Of a stretch of DNA of 64,000 bases, positions 56,683 to 64,000 are shown one piece after another (the first letter of the stretch is position 1; each line of letters begins with the position of its first letter). Source of the stretch: Prasinococcaceae sp. CCMP 1430 (lineage: Eukaryota > Plantae > Prasinodermophyta). The notes below the pieces were generated by a model, which did not search any database, was not told the origin of the DNA, and was given only the letters and a program-made list of their open reading frames with translations. The stretch is taken from positions 24,998 to 88,997 of the forward strand of contig RQSC01000630.1 of NCBI GenBank assembly GCA_013416795.1, written 5' to 3'. A program made the translations under genes and the position numbers.

Positions 56683-56769
56683 CGGTGCGCGGAGGCTGCC
56701 CGCTGCTCCAGTCACGACTTGGCGGGCGGCGCCCGCCTCCGTCCCTGTCCCTGTCCCCGCCCGATCCAT
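55765..56769 (-). CDS. Ala/Glu-rich ORF with one hydrophobic segment; possibly upstream exon(s) of the RING gene
   Basis: Coding-like RQFFIAAELDGEQLE...ELPNYFLSEEG and a GTGCGG donor near 55765. No family recognised. Confidence 0.5.
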
Positions 56770-56872
56770 CGCACGCGCTGCTCGGCTCGCGCCGCGCGCT
56801 CAGCGTCGCACGGCGCAGATGCCGAACGTGCGGCTGCTTGAGTTGGCGCTGTGCGGGCGCATCCTTGCTTCC

Positions 56873-58689
56873 ATGGAGTCTGAGGCGGCCACTCCGACCG
56901 GAGGCACCGCCGGGGACATGCGCGCGCGGGCAGCGGAGCTGCGCAAGCGCCTGGCGGAAATGGTGCCACGCGCAGCGCCGCTGGCCTGCCGCCGGCGCGC
57001 CCTGCGGGCTCTGCGCGCCTGTGCCGTAGCCGCAGGGGACAGCTCCGTCGCGACCCAAGCTTTGAGCGCTGACCTTGGCCGCCCGGTGCTCGAGGGGACA
57101 GCCGAAATCGCGATGGTCGTGGCGGAGTGCGACAACGCGCTGCTGATGCTCTCTAAGTGGGCGGCTAACGAGAACGCCTCCACGCCGCTGCTGACGTGGA
57201 TGGCCGGTGCCTACAAGTCCGAGGTGCGTGCGCGTGCAGCATGGCTCTTGCAAGAGGGAAAGGTCTGACGGCTTCGCTCGGGCTGTCATGCCTCGGGCAT
57301 CGCGAGTTTGCGACTGCAGCATACTGACCGCACGCCTTGCTACGGCAGGTAGTGCGCGAGGCGACGGGCGTCGCGCTCATCCTCACGCCGTGGAACTTCC
57401 CCTTTCAACTGCCGCTGGGCCAGCTGGTGTCGGCGATCGCCGCCGGGTGCCCCGTGGTGGTGAAGCCGTCAGAGCTGGCACCCGCCACGGCGGTCGTGGT
57501 GGACGAGATCGTCGCGCGCGTCGCGGAAGACGGCGGCTACCCCTGCGTGGCGCTCACGGGCGGTGCTGACGTCGCCAGGGCGTTGGTTGCTGCTGGCCCG
57601 TGGGGTGTCATCACCTTCACCGGCGGCGCCGCAATCGGTCGCCAGGTGGCCGCGGCGGCCGCGGAGACGCTGAGCCCTGTCGTCCTGGAGCTCGGCGGGA
57701 AGGGGCCGGTCATAGTGTGCGAGGACGTGATTTCGTCGATGCAGACCGTGGCGCGCCGCGTGCTGTGCGCCAAGTGCATGAACGCTGGCCAGCTCTGCGT
57801 CGCCCCCGACTACGTCGTGTGTGTTGGGAACAAGGCGCACGCTGCTTTTCTCGGGGCTGTCAAGGAGGCGAGCGCCGAATTCTATCCCAAAGACGGTCCG
57901 AGGGCGTCGTCTTCGTTCGGGCGCATGGTGAGCTCGAAGCAGGCTGCGCGCGCAGAGGGACTGCTGTCTGCGACCAAGGGGGAGGTCGTCTTCGGGGGGG
58001 AGGTGCGTGCGCGCGCGAGGCGCGAGCGACGGCGTGTTCCGAACGATTGCTGACGCGCACGAGGAGCGCGCGCGCGCGCGCGCCCACAGATCGACGTGGA
58101 GGGCTGCTACGTCGCGCCAACGGTCGTGGACGGTGTGGGAGCCGACGACGCTCTACTCGGTGCCGACGGTGAGGAGATTTTTGCCCCCATTCTTCCCATC
58201 GCTTCGGTGGCGTCGCTCTCCGAGGCGCTGGAGCTGGTGGGCACGGTGAGCGTCGCCCCGCTTGCACTCTACGCGTTCACCTCGTCCAAGGCCACGCAGC
58301 AGACCATTCTGCAGCGCACGCGCTCCGGCGGGGTCACGTTCAACAACCTCCTGCTGCACGTGTCCAACACGGAGCTCCCTTTCGGAGGCTGCGGAGGCGC
58401 GTCGGGCTACGGCAAACTCCACGGCGAGGCGGGCTTTCTGGCGTTCACGCACAGGCGTGCGGTGGTGCGCTCGCGTCTTGTGTGCGACAGCACCATCATG
58501 TATCCCCCGCACACGCCTGCCAAGGAGACCACCGTGTGGGGCGCGCTCACGCCGCCCGAGTGGGTCGTCTTCGCGGGCGCATGTCTGCCAAGTCTCTCCG
58601 CCGCTGCGCGCGCGTCGGCGCTCACTGTCGGCGTCACTGCAATGCTATCGCTGTGGCTCTGCTGTCAGAGCGGCGCGCGCAGACATTGA
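56873..58689 (+). CDS. ALDH3: Aldehyde dehydrogenase family 3 (fatty-aldehyde DH-like) with a hydrophobic C-terminal tail; introns ~57224-57348 and ~58002-58089
   Basis: PWNFP, VVKPSELAP, FTGG, LELGGK, NAGQLCVAPDY, EEIFAPILP, LPFGG...GYGKLHG. Confidence 0.93.
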
Positions 58690-58960
58690 GCGGGCGCCGC
58701 ATGCAGGCCTCGTCAAGTCACAGGCACCCATCGCGTCGCGACGCCTGCAGAAGATGGGCCGCCGAGCACGAGAGACGAAGAACAGCTGGGGAGAACGGCC
58801 GGCGCAAGCACTCAACCGCTCCCCCCCCCCCCCTTCCCAGCCCCGGCTGGTTTGCTCGCGGCAGTGTCTCCTCGAGCCTCGTACACACGCACACACGTAT
58901 TACATGGTTTATATATGTATAGTACGACTGCGCAGTCCCCTTCGGCCTGCGTGGCCTCTT

Positions 58961-60198
58961 TCAGCCGCGGAGCTCGCAGCCCGCTTGGCACTCCTCGTCG
59001 AGCGAGCGCTCGGCGGGGTGCATGGTGCCCTCCACTGCGTGCTCCACCGCATGCATGGCGCCCTCAAGCCGAGCGGTGGCGAGGCGCATCTCGGCGCCCG
59101 CGCGCGCCTCGGCCGCGCCGGCCCCTGCCTCGGCTTGGGCGTCGACGCTCTTGGTTTCGTCGGGCGCCAGCTGCGCCGAGACGCTCGAGGCCACCACCAG
59201 CGCCGCGCCGCCGTACCCCGCGGGGCCCATGGTCTCCCCGAGCGCCGCCGCGGCGAAGAGCGCCCCCCAGATGGGCTCGGCCGAGTAGATGATCGCGGCG
59301 AGGGGTGCGCTGACGGACTTGAGCGCGAAGACCTCGATCCACAGCGTGAAGGCGGTCGTGACGACGGCGATGTAGGCAAGCGGCGCCCACAGGGCCTCGA
59401 CGGCCTCGCACGCATCGGCCACCATCCACAGCGGGACGCCGCCCGCGCGCGCGATGTCCGCCCACACGTCCCAGAGCGCCTGCGTCGACGAGAGCGCCGC
59501 GACCGCCAGCAGCTGCATGCCCACCAGCTCGTTGCTCGACACGCCGCGCAACGAGGTGGTGAGGTCCCCCGTGCGGAACTTGTGCAGGCCGAACGCCGCC
59601 GCGCTCGCCACGCACAGCGCGTCGCCGGTGAGGTCGTGCGCCGATCCGCCGCCGTCTGAGGACAGCAGCGCGATGCCCGCGGCGGCCACGGCGGCCGCGG
59701 GCCACGTCGCGCGCGGCACCTCGCGTCCGCCGGCCGCTGCGAGCAGCGGCACCGTGAGCACGGTCACCGCCGACGTGAAGGCGCCCATCGACGCCGTCGT
59801 GCGCGCCAGCCCCGCCGCCTGCAGCGCGTAGCCGAGGAAGAGGTACGAGCCCAGCTCGGCCGCCGCCAGCGCGGGGCTCTGCGCGTCCGCGCCGTCCGCG
59901 GCGCCCAAGCGCGCGCGCCGCCGCGCCGAGCACGCTGGCGTCGGCGTCGGCGCCGGTGTCGGCCGCCGGCAGCGGCTCGAATGGGTCCGGCCGCTGCTGC
60001 GGGACGCTTGAGGCGCTCTCAGGTGCTGGGGGCGCGCGGACGTCGTCGGCGCGTCGGGTCGCATCTGCAGCGCCCAGGTCGATCACGCGGATGCTCGCAT
60101 CGGCGTTTGTCGCGGCGGCGGCCGGCGCAGCCGCCGCCTGCTCCTCCTCCTGCCCCTCCTCAGCAGCCGGCGTGGGGCACGCGGCGGCGCGCGCGGCG
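58961..60198 (-). CDS. EamA/DMT-family transporter; N-terminus in the gap; apparent frameshift ~59900-59925
   Basis: ELGSYLFLGYALQAAGL..TTAS.GAF, GDALCVASAAAFGLH, TTAFTLWIEVFALKSVSA...IIYSAEPIWGALFA...GE. Confidence 0.88.
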
Positions 60199-60798
60199 NN
60201 NNNNNNNNNNNNNNNNNNNNNNNNNNNNNNNNNNNNNNNNNNNNNNNNNNNNNNNNNNNNNNNNNNNNNNNNNNNNNNNNNNNNNNNNNNNNNNNNNNNN
60301 NNNNNNNNNNNNNNNNNNNNNNNNNNNNNNNNNNNNNNNNNNNNNNNNNNNNNNNNNNNNNNNNNNNNNNNNNNNNNNNNNNNNNNNNNNNNNNNNNNNN
60401 NNNNNNNNNNNNNNNNNNNNNNNNNNNNNNNNNNNNNNNNNNNNNNNNNNNNNNNNNNNNNNNNNNNNNNNNNNNNNNNNNNNNNNNNNNNNNNNNNNNN
60501 NNNNNNNNNNNNNNNNNNNNNNNNNNNNNNNNNNNNNNNNNNNNNNNNNNNNNNNNNNNNNNNNNNNNNNNNNNNNNNNNNNNNNNNNNNNNNNNNNNNN
60601 NNNNNNNNNNNNNNNNNNNNNNNNNNNNNNNNNNNNNNNNNNNNNNNNNNNNNNNNNNNNNNNNNNNNNNNNNNNNNNNNNNNNNNNNNNNNNNNNNNNN
60701 NNNNNNNNNNNNNNNNNNNNNNNNNNNNNNNNNNNNNNNNNNNNNNNNNNNNNNNNNNNNNNNNNNNNNNNNNNNNNNNNNNNNNNNNNNNNNNNNNN
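60199..60798. other. Assembly gap (N run)
   Basis: Continuous Ns. Confidence 1.
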
Positions 60799-61226
60799 GC
60801 GCGCGCGCGGTCGGAGCGGCGGCGGCCGGGCGGTTGCGGATCGGGTTCGGGATCGGATCGGGCGGCGTCGAGCACCGGATAAAAAAGTGGATCGCGTTTC
60901 GGGCCCGCCGTCGCCCCGAAACGGCGCGCGCGCGCGCGGCCGGTTCTGCAGTTCAGTTCGCTTTGCGCGCGCGCGGCACGGGCGGCCAAAACGCATGCCC
61001 ACGATCGACCAACCGACGCGAATTCGCCAATTCAATTCAATGCGAATTCGCGCGCGACTGGGCGCGTATCTCGCGCGCCGTTATGTGTGCGTTGAGGAGG
61101 TGCGGCAGGCGCTCGGCCGCTTGCGGCGCTTTTCCTCTCGGCGTGACCTGGCCGTTCAGCGAGGGGCTGCCACGAATACGCGCATGCGGAATGAGCGTTA
61201 CATGGGCCCACGGGCGAGCGTGTCTC

Positions 61227-62433
61227 TCACTTCAGCGCGGCGAGCGCCATCTCGAAGCCGAAGAACGTCATCGCGTTCGCCGGGAACGCGCGCAGCAGCA
61301 CCGGCCCGAGGCCCTTGTAGAAGGCGCCGAGGCCGCCCTCGGCGTAGGTCTTGCGGTAGCAATCCAGGGTGGACCTGTAGATGGGATTCGCGTCGGACTG
61401 AGATTGCATGCGCGTCTTGACCGTGTCCATGGGCAGCTGCGTGATCTGCGCGAAGATGCCCGCCATTCCGCCCGCCGCCAGGAGCTGCATCGGGCCGAGG
61501 TCGCCGCTGCCGCCGCCCGCCGGGAACATCGCGCGCTTGCTCATCTCGTACCCCTGGTGGCGGCGCGGCAAAGGAGCAGCGGGGAGGCGGCCAGGGTTGG
61601 GGCAAGAGAGGCGGCGGCCGACGGCCGCCGTTTCGCGCGAGGGGGCGCGGGCGGGATCCATCGCGTCCGGTCAGCAGCGGAGAGCGGCGGGCGCGGACGG
61701 CACGAGACGGCAGGGGAGGGAGGGCCGGCACCCACGCGAGCGCAGCCGCTGCGCCACCCCCGCACGCGCGACCGGGGGGCCACGCGCGCGGCGCGCTCCG
61801 CCGCACCATGAAGTACGAGAAGTAGTTGGGTATGTCTCGCAGCATGGTGGCGCCGAAGCCCTTGTACAGTCCCGACACGCCGCCGGCGCGCACGATCTTG
61901 GCGGCGCAGTCGACGGGCCCGGCGTACAGCGGCTTGCCGGGCGAGAGCGTGTGCTGTGTCTGCAGCCTAATCATGACGAGCTCGATCGGCGTGCACACGC
62001 CGACCTGCATGGCGCCGGCGGTCGCGCCCGCCGCGGCCACCAGGCTGAGCGGCACGTCGTCCGTCCGGCTGGGGTCGTCCACGCCCGCGAACGCGTTCAG
62101 CGCGGCGCCGTTGGCGTGGAACACCACCGCGCACATCACGCCCGTGCCCACGAGCGGCGATCCCATCCCCTTGTACAGCCCGCGCGGCCCCTCGTGTTTC
62201 ATGAGGTCCTTGAGCACCGCCATGCCGGACGTCGGCGTGGAGCTCGACTGGATCCGCGCCTTGACCGTGTTGAACGGGTGGCCCGTCAGCACCTGGCACA
62301 CACCGCCCACCGTGCCCGCCGCGATCTGCTTCCAGCCGGCCACCTTGGCCGCCTCGGCGGCCGCGGAGGGCTGCGTGGCCGCTCCGCCGCCGCCGAGATG
62401 GGGCGCGGGCGGCGAGCCGCCGCCGCTGCTCAT
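61227..62433 (-). CDS. Mitochondrial carrier family protein (carnitine/basic amino-acid carrier-like); intron ~61806-61556
   Basis: Three repeats: GHPFNTVKARIQ, TPIELVMIRLQ, LPMDTVKTRMQ. Also GLYKGMGSPL, GATMLRDIP, LLRAFPANA. Confidence 0.92.
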
Positions 62434-62744
62434 TGTGCGTTGCGGCGTCCCCCCCTCTCGGTCCCCTCCTCTCGGCGTCCCGGCGCCGCGCGGACGGGGG
62501 CGGCGGGCGGCCGCGCGCGGTGCAAGCCCCCGCGCGGCGCGGCCGACCGCCGACGGCCACACACACGCGCTGATGAGCGCGCGCTCCGGCGGCCGCCGCG
62601 GCCGGAGGATGTTGAGGTTCTGATATTCGGGTTAGATACGCGGCTTCGATGAAATAGGGTTCGCGAGGCCGTTCTAGGCCGAGGAGATATTCCCACCTGC
62701 GTCGTAACGCATGCGCACGTCAATCAATCACCGGACGGCGGCGG

Positions 62745-63257
62745 ACGCGTCCGGCGCGGCCGCGGGCACGAGCATCCGCACCATGGCGTGCGCTGGGACG
62801 CTGGCTGGAGGAGGAGGTGGCCGTCGAGCCGCCCGGCCAACGATGCGCCCCTCCCCTCTCCATACACACGCGCGCGCGCGGCTCTCGGCGAGCGCCTACC
62901 GCGCGGGGCGGGCTCGTCGGCGCACCCTGGGATTGCGATGCGGCGGCGACGCGACCCGCGCGCGCACTGTGTGGCGCTTCCGGGCAACGACTCAGTGCGC
63001 CACTCAGCGGCCGCGTGCATTTTGATGTGGCCACCGTCGCGACCGATGTGACAGCGGCGCGTTTTCGCGCGCGCGCGCGCGCGCGCGCGGCGCCAATGCG
63101 CGCGCACAGTGGCAGCCCCCCCACCCCACCCACCCACCGCCACCCCCTCGACGGCCGCGTCTTCGGTCAGCAGCGGCAGCCTGAGCGGCGGCGGCGGCTC
63201 CTGCCCCTACGCGTCCGGCGCGGCCGCGGGCACGAGCATCCGCACCATGGCGTGCGC
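62745..63257 (+). repeat. 49-bp exact direct repeat (62745-62793 and 63209-63257)
   Basis: acgcgtccggcgcggccgcgggcacgagcatccgcaccatggcgtgcgc occurs twice. Confidence 0.9.
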
Positions 63258-64000
63258 GTTGGTGCCCGCGTGGTAGAAGTTCTTCATGACGGTCACCGAG
63301 CGGTCGAGCGCGACGGCGTAGTGCCACCAGCCGCGAGGCACCAGCACGGCCTCCCCCTCCTCCAGCACGAAGGCGCGGGGCGTCGCGCCCGCGTACTGCG
63401 GCACGGCGCGCAGGATGTCCGCCTCGGGCGCCAGCGGGTCGACCGCCGCCTGCGCGGTCTCCAGCTCACCCTCGATGAACCCAAGGCGCGGCGTGTCCGA
63501 CGGCGCGTAGCACACGAAGAGCTTGCGCCCTTGCACCTGCGCGAGCCACGCGTGCGCGTCGTGGCAGTCGTAGTGCAGCCGGGTGATGGCGCCCGCCGGC
63601 GACGCGAAGACTTTTTGGAGCGAACGATCCGTCGTGCGCGCCCACCGGGCCCTTTCGAGGCGATCGAGGCCGAAGACGCGCCGGCCCACCTCCGCAAGGA
63701 TCTGCTCGTTGTCGTCGATGTGGCGCGCGAAGTACGGCGCGGGGCACGCGCCGTGAAGGGACGGGATGTCCGAGAACGCGCGCCAGCCGTTGAGGTAGAA
63801 CGGCGTGTCGGAGGGGTCCTGAGGGATGTTGGGGCCGCTGGATGCCGGCGAGGATGCCGGCGAGGATGCCGGCGAGGATGCCGGCGAGGATGCCAGCTCG
63901 TCCCAGCCGGGCCGCGAGGCGACGTACTCGAGGTAGGCGCCCAGGGGGAGGCGCGCGGTGCGCTGAGGGCGCGAGTCGCGCGCGGCGTCCGCGCGGCGCG
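63207..64000 (-). CDS. JmjC-domain Fe(II)/2-oxoglutarate oxygenase (JMJD4/JMJD6-like); 5' part beyond the window
   Basis: LGAYLEY, PFYLNGW, H-x-D (LHYD), VQGRKLF, LVPRGWWHYA. Confidence 0.9.
   Translation of the reverse strand, partial: RRADAARDSRPQRTARLPLGAYLEYVASRPGWDELASSPASSPASSPASSPASSGPNIPQDPSDTPFYLNGWRAFSDIPSLHGACPAPYFARHIDDNEQILAEVGRRVFGLDRLERARWARTTDRSLQKVFASPAGAITRLHYDCHDAHAWLAQVQGRKLFVCYAPSDTPRLGFIEGELETAQAAVDPLAPEADILRAVPQYAGATPRAFVLEEGEAVLVPRGWWHYAVALDRSVTVMKNFYHAGTNAHAMVRMLVPAAAPDA
63841..63895 (+). repeat. 12-bp coding tandem repeat (GATGCCGGCGAG)x~4.5, encoding ASSP units in the JmjC gene
   Basis: Direct reading. Confidence 0.9.

Noticed and set aside
59890-59930. Frame shift in the EamA gene as a pseudogene lesion
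   Set aside because: It falls in a GCG/GC repeat near a gap and the downstream domain is intact, so it is probably an assembly error.
1256-61806. Introner-like repeated introns
   Set aside because: The introns share low-complexity composition and donor motifs, but I see no extended sequence identity between them.

Overview
This is eukaryotic nuclear DNA, very GC-rich (about 70% by eye) and gene-dense, with short spliceosomal introns (donors mostly GTGCG/GTACG/GTGAG, CTGAC-type branch points, many (CA)/(TG)/(GC) microsatellites). Probable plastid-targeted genes (RecX, PPRs, uS10, RsmE, DUF179), a HOS1 orthologue and intact cilia genes (IFT144, CFAP251, TMEM107, SCLT1, CFAP53) point to an early-diverging green alga (inference). 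About 30 genes or gene fragments can be read. I found no rRNA, tRNA, CRISPR array or transposase. It is a draft assembly, with three N gaps, single Ns and several apparent 1-nt indels, so structural oddities may be artefacts. The best leads are: (1) a ~2.3 kb segment carrying truncated TMEM107 and FANCL genes that appears to interrupt a golgin-84-like gene between in-frame 8-bp direct repeats; (2) an orphan DOA10/MARCH6 fragment in frame with RsmE; (3) a coiled-coil protein with an unrecognised 28-29 aa NSxxLxxW[KR]xR repeat; (4) a HOS1 orthologue lacking its RING; (5) a mitochondrial carrier that has lost both partners of one matrix-gate salt bridge. All family calls are motif recognition from memory, not database searches.
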